A stretch of DNA of 64,000 nucleotides, from the NCBI GenBank assembly GCA_021774445.1, contig JAJFJA010000074.1, positions 23,387 to 87,386 on the forward strand. Reading direction: 5' to 3'. Source of the stretch: Alphaproteobacteria bacterium (GTDB lineage: Bacteria > Pseudomonadota > Alphaproteobacteria > UBA6615). This document shows, one piece after another, positions 1 through 9,525 of this stretch (position 1 is its first letter; the number at the start of each line of letters is the position of its first letter). A program made the translations under genes and the position numbers. The notes beneath the pieces were generated by a model. The model ran no database searches. It was not told the DNA's origin and was given only the letters and a program-made list of their open reading frames with translations.

Positions 1-1
1 G

Positions 2-1132
2 GAGAATCCGTCGTTACTGGCGGTGCCGTTCTTCATCATGGCGGGCAACCTGATGAACGCCGTCGGCATGACCGACAAGATCTTCAACTTCGCGATGGCG
101 CTGGTGGGGCATTTCCGGGCCGGCCTGGCCCAGGTCAATGTATTGGCCTCGATGATCTTCGCCGGGGTTTCGGGGGCGGCGGTGGCGGATATCGCCGGCC
201 TGGGCATGGTCGAGATCAGGGCAATGAAGGAACGCGGCTACCCGGCGGATTTCGCCGCGGCGCTGACGGTTTGCTCGGCCGTGATCGGGCCGATCATCCC
301 GCCGTCGATCAGCCTGGTCATCTATGCCTTCCTGTCGAATACCTCGGTGGCGCGGCTGTTCCTGGCGGGCATTGCGCCGGGGCTGCTGATCGGGCTGTCG
401 CTGATGGTGTTCAACCGGGTGATCGCCGAAAGGCGGAACTTCCCACGGGAGCCGCGGGCGACGTTCAAGCAGATCCGGCACACGGCGATCGACGGTGTGG
501 CGGCCCTGGTGGCGCCGGCGATCATTCTGAGCGCGATCATCACCGGTTTCACGACGGCGACAGAGGCCGGCGTGCTGGCCTGCACCTATTCGATCCTGCT
601 GGGGGCGGTCTACCGCACCCTGAGTCTGAAGAAACTGTGGAAGGCGTTGACCGACACGATGATGATCACCTCGATCATCATGATCATCATCGGCTATAGC
701 CAAGTCATGGGGTGGCTGCTGGCGATCGAGCAAATTCCGCAGGCCTTGGCGTCGGCGGTGCTGCTGACGACCGAGAACAGGTTCGTTTTTCTGGCCATTC
801 TGTTGGTGTTTCTGCTGGCGATCGGCACCGTGGTCGAGGGGATCCCGGCAAAGCTTATCCTGGTGCCGATGCTGTTGCCGCTGGTGGATCACTTCGGCAT
901 CGACCGCATTCATTTCGGACTGATCATCACCTTCGCGCTGCTGATCGGCATGGCGACGCCGCCGATGGGGATCGGGCTTTATATCGTCACCCAGGTCGGT
1001 GACGTGTCGTTCGAACGGGTGGCGCTGGCGGTTGTGCCATTTTTCATACCGCTGCTGATCGTGCTACTGCTCATCACGTATGTGCCGGCTCTCACACTTT
1101 GGCTGCCAAATTTGGTTATGGGGCCGGGATAG
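2..1132 (+). CDS. dctM: TRAP transporter large permease DctM (5'-partial)
   Basis: Frame is open from the window start (ENPSLLAVPFF...). DctM motifs FAGVSGAAVADIAGLG, GPIIPPS, TATEAG and TPPMG; polytopic membrane protein. Confidence 0.93.
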   Translation, partial: ENPSLLAVPFFIMAGNLMNAVGMTDKIFNFAMALVGHFRAGLAQVNVLASMIFAGVSGAAVADIAGLGMVEIRAMKERGYPADFAAALTVCSAVIGPIIPPSISLVIYAFLSNTSVARLFLAGIAPGLLIGLSLMVFNRVIAERRNFPREPRATFKQIRHTAIDGVAALVAPAIILSAIITGFTTATEAGVLACTYSILLGAVYRTLSLKKLWKALTDTMMITSIIMIIIGYSQVMGWLLAIEQIPQALASAVLLTTENRFVFLAILLVFLLAIGTVVEGIPAKLILVPMLLPLVDHFGIDRIHFGLIITFALLIGMATPPMGIGLYIVTQVGDVSFERVALAVVPFFIPLLIVLLLITYVPALTLWLPNLVMGPG

Positions 1133-1275
1133 GTCGATCAGAGCGCCCCGTGCGGCAAACGGTCACGGCCACCCATTACTCCATCGTTCAGCATCATTGA
1201 ACAAGAGCGACCGTGTGGTCAGGCGCGGCGCCCGCCATGGTTGCGCGCAAATGTTTTTGCTCGCGGACTCGTGAT

Positions 1276-1308
1276 CTTCGCTTGACCTTCGATTGAGTTT
1301 CACATGAA
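1276..1308 (+). promoter_or_regulatory. Putative GlpR (DeoR-family) tandem operator upstream of the glycerol ABC operon
   Basis: Three 11-bp-period direct repeats: cttcgcttgac / cttcgattgag / tttcacatgaa. They resemble the TTTCG-type tandem repeats described for alphaproteobacterial GlpR. Confidence 0.45.
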
Positions 1309-1381
1309 GATACGATGAGACATGGGGCGAAAGTAGAACCCCGTGCCTTAAAAATCTGAGACAATGTGAGGGAGGACCAAA

Positions 1382-3124
1382 ATGCGACAACGTTTGACGT
1401 TGGCGGTTGCTGCGATCGCTTTGATCGCCGCGTCCCAATCCGCGTTCGCCGACATGGCCGCCGCGGAGAAATGGGTAGCCGAAGAATTCCAGCCATCGAC
1501 GCTTTCGCAAGCTGAGCAGATGGCGGAAATGGAATGGTTCATCAATGCATCGGGACCATTCGCCGGTATGGAAATCAATGTGCTGTCGGAAGGCATTCCG
1601 ACGCATGACTATGAATCCAACACACTTACCAAGGCGTTCGAGGAGATCACCGGCATCAAGGTCAATCACCAGATTCTTGGTGAGGGCGAAGTCGTCCAGG
1701 CCGTGCAGACCCAGATGCAGACCAACCGCAATCTCTATGACGCTTATATCAATGATTCCGATCTGATCGGCACGCATTCGCGGCTGCAGCTGGCGGTCAA
1801 CCTGACCGACTGGATGGCTGGGGAAGGCGCAGACGTGACGTTGCCGACGCTGGATGTCGACGACTTTATGGGCAAGTCGTTCACCACCGGCCCGGACGGC
1901 AAACTTTATCAGTTGCCGGATCAGCAGTTCGCGAACCTCTATTGGTTCCGCAAAGACTGGTTCGACCGCCCGGAGTACCAGGCGGCATTCAAAGAGCGTT
2001 ATGGCTATGACCTTGGCGTGCCGGTCAATTGGTCGGCCTATGAGGACATCGCCGAGTTCTTTTCCATCCATGTGAAGGAGATCGACGGGGTCCGCGTATA
2101 CGGTCATATGGATTATGGCAAGCGGGCCCCTGACCTGGGCTGGCGGATGACCGATGCCTGGCTGTCCATGGCCGGTGCCGGTTCGGCTGGTTTCCCGAAC
2201 GGCGTGCCGGTCGACGAATGGGGCATCCGCATGGAAGCGGGCTCCTGCAACCCGGTCGGCGCCTCGGTTAGCCGCGGTGGTGCGGCCAATGGCCCGGCGG
2301 CTGTATATGCCATCCGCAAGTGGGACGAATGGTTGCGCAAGTATGCGCCGCCGGACGCCGCCAGCTATGACTTCTATCAGTCATTGCCGGCCCTGAGCCA
2401 AGGCAATGTGGCCCAGCAGATCTTCTGGTACACGGCCTTCACCGCCAACATGGTGGCGCCAAAGTCGGAGGGCAATAACACGGTCGATGACGATGGCGTG
2501 CCGCTATGGCGGATGGCACCGTCGCCGCACGGTCCCTATTGGTCAGAAGGTCAAAAGCTGGGCTATCAGGATGCCGGTTCTTGGACGCTGATGAAATCGA
2601 CCCCGGTGGACCGTCGCAAGGCCGCTTGGCTGTATGCTCAGTTCGTGGTCTCCAAGACGGTGTCGCTGAAAAAGACCCATGTCGGGCTGACACCGATCCG
2701 TGACAGCGATATTCGGCATGAGAGCTTCACCGAACGGGCGCCGAAACTTGGCGGTCTGGTCGAGTTTTATCGTTCGCCCGACCGGGTCATGTGGTCGCCG
2801 ACCGGTATCAACGTGCCGGATTACCCAAAGCTGGCGCAGATTTGGTGGCAGCAAATCGGTGATGTGAACTCGGGTGCCTTCTCACCACAAGAGGCGATGG
2901 ACCGCCTGGCGGGCGAGATGGACATCACCATGGCGCGCATGCAAGCCGCCGACGAGGCCGCCAACGTTTACGGTGGCTGCGGTCCGCGACTGAATGAAGA
3001 GAAAGATGCCGACTTCTGGCTGAGCCAGGCAGGATCACCGAAAGCGAAATTGGCCAATGAGAAGCCACAAGGCATCACCGTCAATTACGACGATCTGGTG
3101 AAGCGTTGGGAAACCGCCAATTGA
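1382..3124 (+). CDS. glpV: Glycerol ABC transporter substrate-binding protein (GlpV-type)
   Basis: SD gggagga and a signal peptide. 580 aa with family motifs EFQPSTLS..EQMAEMEWF, YQLPDQQFANLYWFR, GHMDYGKR and TGINVPDYPKLAQ. Neighbours are glpSTPQU-like. Confidence 0.85.
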   Translation: MRQRLTLAVAAIALIAASQSAFADMAAAEKWVAEEFQPSTLSQAEQMAEMEWFINASGPFAGMEINVLSEGIPTHDYESNTLTKAFEEITGIKVNHQILGEGEVVQAVQTQMQTNRNLYDAYINDSDLIGTHSRLQLAVNLTDWMAGEGADVTLPTLDVDDFMGKSFTTGPDGKLYQLPDQQFANLYWFRKDWFDRPEYQAAFKERYGYDLGVPVNWSAYEDIAEFFSIHVKEIDGVRVYGHMDYGKRAPDLGWRMTDAWLSMAGAGSAGFPNGVPVDEWGIRMEAGSCNPVGASVSRGGAANGPAAVYAIRKWDEWLRKYAPPDAASYDFYQSLPALSQGNVAQQIFWYTAFTANMVAPKSEGNNTVDDDGVPLWRMAPSPHGPYWSEGQKLGYQDAGSWTLMKSTPVDRRKAAWLYAQFVVSKTVSLKKTHVGLTPIRDSDIRHESFTERAPKLGGLVEFYRSPDRVMWSPTGINVPDYPKLAQIWWQQIGDVNSGAFSPQEAMDRLAGEMDITMARMQAADEAANVYGGCGPRLNEEKDADFWLSQAGSPKAKLANEKPQGITVNYDDLVKRWETAN

Positions 3125-3147
3125 TCGGCGTTTCGTAAGCGACAATA

Positions 3148-3185
3148 ACCGCCGGGGAGACGTTTTTCCCCGGCGGTATCTTTTC
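3148..3185 (+). terminator. Intergenic stem-loop after the SBP gene (partial terminator or mRNA stabiliser)
   Basis: 11-bp perfect stem ACCGCCGGGGA / TCCCCGGCGGT followed by atctttt. Confidence 0.7.
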
Positions 3186-3273
3186 GGGGTTTGTTCTCGC
3201 CAGAGCGGTGAGAGACGGATTAGTGTCCCATTGCAAATGCCGCGCGAGCCAGTTGGGCGACCGGAACTGAGGG

Positions 3274-4350
3274 ATGACGCTGGAACTAAAGAATGTCGCG
3301 AAGCGGGTCGGTACGGATACCCATATATTCGCGACCAACCTAACGCTGGCGACAAAGGGATTTAACATCCTGCTCGGCGCGACGAACGCGGGCAAAACAA
3401 CGTTGATAAAATTGATGACCGGGCTGGAGCGGCCGACCAGCGGCGAAATCTGGTTCGACGGGAAGAATGTCACCGGCGTTTCGGCACAACGGCGCAACGT
3501 GTCGCTGGTGCATCAGTTCTTCGTCAACTACCCGAACATGAGCGTCTATGAGAATATAGCCTCGCCGCTGCGCGTTGCCAGAATACGTGGTCCGGAGATC
3601 GAACGCCGCGTCGGCGAGACAGCGGAGCTGCTGAGACTGACACCGATGCTGCGGCGGCGGCCGTCGGAGCTTTCCGGCGGTCAGCAACAACGAACCGCGC
3701 TGGCGCGGGCAATCGTCAAGGATTCGGCTCTGGTGCTGCTCGATGAGCCGCTGGCCAATCTCGACTACAAGCTGCGCGAAGAGCTGCGCGATGAGTTGCC
3801 GCGGCTGTTTGAGGATCGCGGTACGATCGTGGTCTATGCGACGTCCGAACCGTCCGAAGCATTGCTGCTTGGGGGCCATACGGCGACCCTGCATGAGGGC
3901 CGTATTACCCAGTTCGGCGCGACGGCGGCGGCCTATCGAGCGCCGCCGGACCTGGCCACCGCGCGGGTGTTCTCAGACCCGCCGATCAACGCCGCCGCGG
4001 TGGTCAAGCAGGGCGGCGAAGTGGCGCTGAACGCGGACGTGCGATGGCCGGCGGTCGGCGCCATCGCCAACGCTCCGGATGGTGAATACACGGTCGGCGT
4101 GCGGCCGCATTTCGTGGCACCGGCGCAGCAAAGCGAAAGCGCGGTTGGGCTCGATGGCAGGGTTCTGGTGACGGAACTCTCCGGATCCGAGAGTGTGGCG
4201 CATTTCGAATTGGGGGACCAAACCTGGGTGGCGCAAAGCCATGGCGTGCAAGCCTACGAGATCGGCGAGATGCACCGGTTCTTTGTCGATGTGAGTCGGT
4301 GCCTGTACTTCGGCGCCGACGGGGCGCTGGTTACGGCCGCGGCGGCGTGA
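3274..4350 (+). CDS. glpS: Glycerol ABC transporter ATP-binding subunit (GlpS-type)
   Basis: Walker A variant GATNAGKTT, signature LSGGQQQR, Walker B LLDEP, H-loop replaced (YATSEP), C-terminal TOBE-like region. Confidence 0.85.
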   Translation: MTLELKNVAKRVGTDTHIFATNLTLATKGFNILLGATNAGKTTLIKLMTGLERPTSGEIWFDGKNVTGVSAQRRNVSLVHQFFVNYPNMSVYENIASPLRVARIRGPEIERRVGETAELLRLTPMLRRRPSELSGGQQQRTALARAIVKDSALVLLDEPLANLDYKLREELRDELPRLFEDRGTIVVYATSEPSEALLLGGHTATLHEGRITQFGATAAAYRAPPDLATARVFSDPPINAAAVVKQGGEVALNADVRWPAVGAIANAPDGEYTVGVRPHFVAPAQQSESAVGLDGRVLVTELSGSESVAHFELGDQTWVAQSHGVQAYEIGEMHRFFVDVSRCLYFGADGALVTAAAA

Positions 4351-4371
4351 TCGGGAGGAAGTGGGGAAATA

Positions 4372-5457
4372 GTGGCGAAAATCGGTCTCAGGAAGCTACG
4401 CCATAGTTATCTGACCAACCCCACGGTGGACGCCGATTGGGCGGTCAAGGAGATAGACATCGATTGGTCGGACGGCGGCGCTTACGCCCTGCTCGGACCG
4501 TCGGGTTGTGGCAAGACGACGCTGCTGAACATCATCTCCGGGTTGCTGACGCCATCCGAGGGCCGCATTCTCTTCGATGAACGAGACGTTACGGCGCTGG
4601 CGCCGGTTGAGCGTAATATCGCCCAAGTGTTCCAGTTCCCGGTGATCTACGACACCATGACGGTGTACGACAATTTGGCCTTTCCGCTGCGGAATCGCGG
4701 CGTGGACAAAGCGCGCGTCGACAGGCGGGTGCGTGAGATCGCGACCCTGTTGGAGCTGGACGACATGTTGTCGCGGCGCGCGGCGGGGCTGACCGCGGAC
4801 GGCAAGCAAAAGATCTCGATGGGTCGCGGCCTGGTGCGAGACGATGTCAATGTCATGATGTTCGACGAGCCGTTGACGGTGATCGACCCGCATCTGAAGT
4901 GGAAGCTGCGTTCCAAGCTCAAGGAACTGCATCAGCGGGTGCGGGCGACGATGATCTACGTCACCCACGATCAGACCGAGGCGCTGACCTTTGCCGATCA
5001 GGTGGTGGTGATGCGGGAGGGCGAGGTCGTGCAGATCGGCACACCGGTGGAACTGTTCGAGCGACCGGCGCATACATTCGTCGGCCATTTCATCGGCTCG
5101 CCGGGGATGAATGTGCTGCCGTGCCGAATCCGCGATGGCGGTGCCTTCGTTGACGACTGCCATGTGCCGCTGGTCGAAAAGCTGGTTAGTCAGGATGTGG
5201 CGGGGCAATTGGAACTTGGGGTGCGCCCGGAATTCGTGCGGTTTGTGGACGACGGCGTGCCGGCGCAGGTGGTGCGGATCGCTGATACGGGGCGGCATCG
5301 AGTGGTTGAAACTCGGGCCGGCGGAGCCCGGGTCTTCGTCTTATGCGGTGACGACGAGGTGATACCCGAAGGGGCAACCCATCTAGCCTTCGATCCGGCG
5401 CACACCGGGATCTATGCCGATAGTTGGCTGATCGGCGGTGGCGGGCCGGCGCAATGA
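4372..5457 (+). CDS. glpT: Glycerol ABC transporter ATP-binding subunit (GlpT-type)
   Basis: GPSGCGKTT, degenerate signature LTADGKQKISMGRGL, FDEPLTVIDPHLKW and YVTHDQ. Confidence 0.85.
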   Translation: MAKIGLRKLRHSYLTNPTVDADWAVKEIDIDWSDGGAYALLGPSGCGKTTLLNIISGLLTPSEGRILFDERDVTALAPVERNIAQVFQFPVIYDTMTVYDNLAFPLRNRGVDKARVDRRVREIATLLELDDMLSRRAAGLTADGKQKISMGRGLVRDDVNVMMFDEPLTVIDPHLKWKLRSKLKELHQRVRATMIYVTHDQTEALTFADQVVVMREGEVVQIGTPVELFERPAHTFVGHFIGSPGMNVLPCRIRDGGAFVDDCHVPLVEKLVSQDVAGQLELGVRPEFVRFVDDGVPAQVVRIADTGRHRVVETRAGGARVFVLCGDDEVIPEGATHLAFDPAHTGIYADSWLIGGGGPAQ

Positions 5458-6317
5458 ACAAGACCGAAAATCAGAGGGCTTGGTTCTTTGTCGCGCCGGT
5501 CTTGGTCCTGGTGGCGTTTAACGCGCTGATTCCATTGATGACGGTCGTCAATTACTCGGTGCAAGAGACGTTCGGCAACAATGTGTTCTTCTGGCAGGGT
5601 GTCGGGTGGTTCGAACAGCTGCTGCATTCCGAGCGGTTTCAAGCTGCGCTGGGCCGGCAGATCGTTTTCACGGCGATCATTCTGGCCATCGAAATACCGC
5701 TCGGGGTGGCGATAGCTCTGACGATGCCCCGTAAGGGCCCTTGGGTTTCGGTGTGCTTGGTGTTGATGGCGCTGCCGCTGCTCATTCCGTGGAATGTCGT
5801 CGGGGCGATGTGGAATATCTTTGCGCTGCCGGAAATTGGCTTGCTCGGGCGTGCCATCAACGCGCTGGGCATCGATTACAATATGACGCAGCAGCCGCTG
5901 GCCGCCTGGTTCACGACGATCCTGATGGATGTTTGGCACTGGACGTCGCTGGTGGTGCTGCTGGCTTACGCGGGTCTGATCTCGATCCCGGATGCCTATT
6001 ATCAAGCGGCGGAGATCGACGGCGCCCGACCATGGGCGGTGTTTCGCTATATCCAACTGCCGAAGATGAAGCAGGTTTTGACCATCGCCATCCTGCTCCG
6101 GTTTATCGACAGTTTCATGATCTACACCGAACCCTTCGTGCTGACCGGTGGTGGCCCGGGCAACGCGACGACGTTCCTGTCGATCGACTTGGTCAAGGTG
6201 GCTCTGGGGCAGTTCGACCTGGGTCCGGCGGCGGCAATGTCGTTGATCTACTTTATCATGACGTTGCTGGCGAGCTGGGTATTCTACACCGTCATGACCA
6301 AGAATGACGCCAGGTAG
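5454..6317 (+). CDS. glpP: Glycerol ABC transporter permease (GlpP-type)
   Basis: ATG overlaps the glpT stop (ATGA). MNKTENQRAWF..., EAA-loop-like YYQAAEIDGA; carbohydrate permease. Confidence 0.85.
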   Translation: MNKTENQRAWFFVAPVLVLVAFNALIPLMTVVNYSVQETFGNNVFFWQGVGWFEQLLHSERFQAALGRQIVFTAIILAIEIPLGVAIALTMPRKGPWVSVCLVLMALPLLIPWNVVGAMWNIFALPEIGLLGRAINALGIDYNMTQQPLAAWFTTILMDVWHWTSLVVLLAYAGLISIPDAYYQAAEIDGARPWAVFRYIQLPKMKQVLTIAILLRFIDSFMIYTEPFVLTGGGPGNATTFLSIDLVKVALGQFDLGPAAAMSLIYFIMTLLASWVFYTVMTKNDAR

Positions 6318-6330
6318 GGGGGCGCGTGCC

Positions 6331-7131
6331 ATGAGACGGGCAATCTGGCTGGTGCCGACGCTCTATATCGTTTTCCTGATGCTGCCGATCTACTGGCTGC
6401 TCAATATGTCATTCAAAACGACGAATGAGATCCTCGGCGGCTTCACCCTGTGGCCGCATGATTTCACGGTGGCGAACTATGTGACCATTTACTCCGATCC
6501 AACTTGGTATCTGGGGTACGTGAATTCGCTGACCTACGTGTCGCTGAACACGGTGATCTCCGTCGGCTTGGCACTGCCGGCGGCCTATGCGTTTTCGCGC
6601 TATCGTTTTGTCGGCGATAAACATCTGTTCTTCTGGCTTCTGACCAACCGGATGGCGCCGCCGGCAGTGTTTGCGCTACCGTTTTTCCAGCTCTACTCGG
6701 CGGTGAATTTATTCGACACTCATATCGCGGTGGCGCTGGCGCACACGCTGTTCAATATTCCGCTGGCGGTTTGGATCCTCGAGGGTTTCATGTCCGGGGT
6801 GCCGAAGGAACTCGACGAGGCCGCCTATGTGGACGGCTATTCGTTCCCGCGCTTTTTCTTCAAGATCTTCGTACCGGCGATCAAGTCAGGCATCGGCGTC
6901 GCCGCTTTCTTCTGCTTCATGTTTTCGTGGGTGGAGCTGTTGTTGGCGAAGACGCTGACCTCGGTTGAGGCGAAGCCGATCGCCGCGACAATGACACGGA
7001 CCGCGTCGACGGCGGGTTACGATCTGGGGCTGCTGGCGGCGGCCGGCTGCCTGACGATCATCCCGGGGGCTATCGTGATCTATTTCGTGCGCAATTATAT
7101 CGCCAAGGGCTTTGCCTTGGGCCGGGTGTGA
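6331..7131 (+). CDS. glpQ: Glycerol ABC transporter permease (GlpQ-type)
   Basis: FFWLLTNRMAPPAVF, ELDEAAYVDG and C-terminal YIAKGFALGRV. Confidence 0.85.
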   Translation: MRRAIWLVPTLYIVFLMLPIYWLLNMSFKTTNEILGGFTLWPHDFTVANYVTIYSDPTWYLGYVNSLTYVSLNTVISVGLALPAAYAFSRYRFVGDKHLFFWLLTNRMAPPAVFALPFFQLYSAVNLFDTHIAVALAHTLFNIPLAVWILEGFMSGVPKELDEAAYVDGYSFPRFFFKIFVPAIKSGIGVAAFFCFMFSWVELLLAKTLTSVEAKPIAATMTRTASTAGYDLGLLAAAGCLTIIPGAIVIYFVRNYIAKGFALGRV

Positions 7132-7149
7132 GTTGGGGGCAGTCGCGTC

Positions 7150-7431
7150 ATGAATCTCGGATGGATGGCATGGACCTGGCCGACGGCCGCATTGATATTG
7201 TTCGTGTTTCTCAGTATCGCAGCGATGGGATATCTGGAATGGCGAACGCCCGGCGGGGCCCCACGCCACGGTATTCTGGGGCTTGATACCACCCGAGGCG
7301 ACCGGCTGTTCATCACGCTGCTGGGGTCGGCTTTCATCTTTCTCGGCTGGCTGGGCCTGATGGGTACGCCGCTATGGGGCGGGCTGGTCATCTCCATCAT
7401 TTGGGGCGGGTGCGTGTTTCGCTGGGTCTAG
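7150..7431 (+). CDS. glpU: Small integral membrane protein DUF2160 (GlpU-type)
   Basis: WMAWTWPTA and TTRGDRLFITLLGSAFI motifs; last gene of the glp ABC cluster. Confidence 0.85.
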   Translation: MNLGWMAWTWPTAALILFVFLSIAAMGYLEWRTPGGAPRHGILGLDTTRGDRLFITLLGSAFIFLGWLGLMGTPLWGGLVISIIWGGCVFRWV

Positions 7432-7612
7432 CCAAGCGGTTGCCCGCATGAGTTGCATAAGCGCGAAATTGGCTCCGTTTAACAAGGGGTTGCGGTGTGG
7501 GGGTTGGGGCGTGGTAACGTCCGCGGACGTGATCGCGGCCGGCCGATCTCGTGGCGATATTGCCGGACGTTGAACCGGTGTGCCGCGCGGCGGGCAACCT
7601 GTATTGGGAGGA

Positions 7613-8647
7613 ATGAAGATGCAGAAGAAATTGGGGCTGGCCCTGTTGGGTGCGGCAATGGTCGTTGGGTCATTATCGGCCGCGGCCCAGGATACCCTGG
7701 TGATCTCGACCTGGGCCTTCAATGCCGACAAGCTTAAGGCCAATATCTACGAGCCGTTCGAGAAGGCCAACAACGTCAAGATCGTCGTCGAGACCGGCAA
7801 TAACAGCGACCGCCTGAATAAGGTGCGGTTGCGTGAAGGGTCGACGGTGGATCTTATTTACCTGGCCGATGCCTTCGCGCAGCAGGGGATCGCCGAGGGG
7901 CTGTTCGACAGCGTCGATCGGGCCAACCTGCCGAATGTCGCGAAGCTGTACGCGTTGGCCCAAGCGCCCCATGGCGAGGAATTCGGGCCGGCCTATACCG
8001 TCGGTCGCTTCGGGATCATTTACGATAGTGCGGCGGTCTCCGAGCCGCTGACGTCGTGGTCGGATCTGTGGCGGGACGATCTGGCGGGCAATATCTCGGT
8101 GCCCGGCATCACCACGACGGCCGGACCGATGCTGGTGCTGGCGGCGAGCGACAGAGCTGGCATGGCCGGCGATGCCGATGCGGCGTTCAAGGAGCTGGCG
8201 GCGCTGAAGCCGAACTTGGTGAAGACCTATAACCGTTCGTCGGAGCTGGTTAATCTGTTCGCACAAGGCGAGATCGTCGCCGGGGCGGCGCAGGACTTCG
8301 CCTTCGGGCGCATCAAGGAGGCCGTACCGACGGCGGTGTGGGTCGATCCGGTGGAGGGCGCCTACGCAAATCTCAATACGATCAATATCGTCAAGGGGTC
8401 GAAGAACAAAGCGCTGGCGGAGAAATACATCGATTTCGTGCTGAGTGCCGAGGTGCAACAGGCGTTGGCGTTGGAGCGCGTCGATTCGCCGGTCAATTCC
8501 GGTGTGACGTTGTCCGACGAGCAGGCGGCGGGACTGACCTATGGGGCGGACCTGATCGGCAGTCTGCAGACGGTGGATTGGGCCGCGGTGAACGATGCCA
8601 AGCCGGATTGGATCGAGCGCTGGAATAGCCAGATTTCGGCCAACTAG
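7613..8647 (+). CDS. ABC transporter substrate-binding protein (PotD/PotF-like)
   Basis: SD gggagga and a signal peptide. LVISTW, ETGNNSDRL, SWSDLW and WIERWN motifs of the polyamine-type SBP fold. Confidence 0.85.
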   Translation: MKMQKKLGLALLGAAMVVGSLSAAAQDTLVISTWAFNADKLKANIYEPFEKANNVKIVVETGNNSDRLNKVRLREGSTVDLIYLADAFAQQGIAEGLFDSVDRANLPNVAKLYALAQAPHGEEFGPAYTVGRFGIIYDSAAVSEPLTSWSDLWRDDLAGNISVPGITTTAGPMLVLAASDRAGMAGDADAAFKELAALKPNLVKTYNRSSELVNLFAQGEIVAGAAQDFAFGRIKEAVPTAVWVDPVEGAYANLNTINIVKGSKNKALAEKYIDFVLSAEVQQALALERVDSPVNSGVTLSDEQAAGLTYGADLIGSLQTVDWAAVNDAKPDWIERWNSQISAN

Positions 8648-8701
8648 CCAGGCCGAGATTGCAGAGATGAAGGGCGCGGCGCGCCGGCAGCCGATCGGAT
8701 C

Positions 8702-9523
8702 GTGAGATATTCCTCGGTCTATCTGTTGTGCGTGCCGGCCCTGGTGCTGGTCGGGTTGCTGCTGGCGGCGCCGTTGTACTCGACGGTGGCGCAGACCTTC
8801 GGTGGCGAGGTGGCGCTGTTCGGCCGCTATGGCGCCTTCTTCGAAAATGCGTTCAATCGGGACGTGTTCTTCCGCACATTGAAGATTGCCCTGATCACGA
8901 CCGTTATCGCGGCGGCGCTGGGCTATCCCACCGCCTATTTTATTTCGCAAGCCGGGCCAAAGTGGCGCAGCCTGCTGATCTTGTGTGCGGTGTTGCCGCT
9001 GCTGACCAGCTCCGTCGTGCGGTCGTTCAGCTGGATCGTCATCCTGGGTCGCAAAGGCAGTGTCAATACGCTGCTGATGAAGCTGCATGTGATCGACGCG
9101 CCGCTGCGGCTGCTGTTCAACGAAATCTCCGTCGTTATCGGGCTGACCTACCTGTTCCTGCCGTTGATGATCCTGTCCCTGGTCGGGGTGATGGAGAATA
9201 TCGAGGACGATTTGATGGATGCGGCGACGAGCCTGGGGGCGCCACGGATCAAGGCGTTCTTCGCCGTCATCGTGCCGCTGAGCCTACCGGGTCTGGTGGT
9301 CGGCGCGGTGTTGGTGTTCACGGGTAGTCTGACCTCTTTCACGACGCCGCAATTGCTCGGTGGGGACGGGTCGACAGTGCTGTCGACGCTGATTTTCCGG
9401 CAGGCGATGGTACTGTTCGATTGGGACGGGGCGGCGACGATCGCGACGATGATGGTGGTGCTGACACTGTCGGTGATCACGGCCATCAACATGGCCGCGC
9501 GGCGGCTCAACCCGGCCGCTTGA
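8702..9523 (+). CDS. ABC transporter permease (PotB-like)
   Basis: GYPTAY, PLLTSSVVRSFSW and EAA-like DAATSLGA. Confidence 0.88.
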   Translation: MRYSSVYLLCVPALVLVGLLLAAPLYSTVAQTFGGEVALFGRYGAFFENAFNRDVFFRTLKIALITTVIAAALGYPTAYFISQAGPKWRSLLILCAVLPLLTSSVVRSFSWIVILGRKGSVNTLLMKLHVIDAPLRLLFNEISVVIGLTYLFLPLMILSLVGVMENIEDDLMDAATSLGAPRIKAFFAVIVPLSLPGLVVGAVLVFTGSLTSFTTPQLLGGDGSTVLSTLIFRQAMVLFDWDGAATIATMMVVLTLSVITAINMAARRLNPAA

Positions 9524-9525
9524 TC

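Noticed and set aside
7560-7600. ZTP (pfl) riboswitch, suggested by tgccgcgcggcgggca
   Set aside because: The conserved 5' ACTGRCG...GTGG..CCAC elements and the CGYCTGGGC pseudoknot partner are absent.
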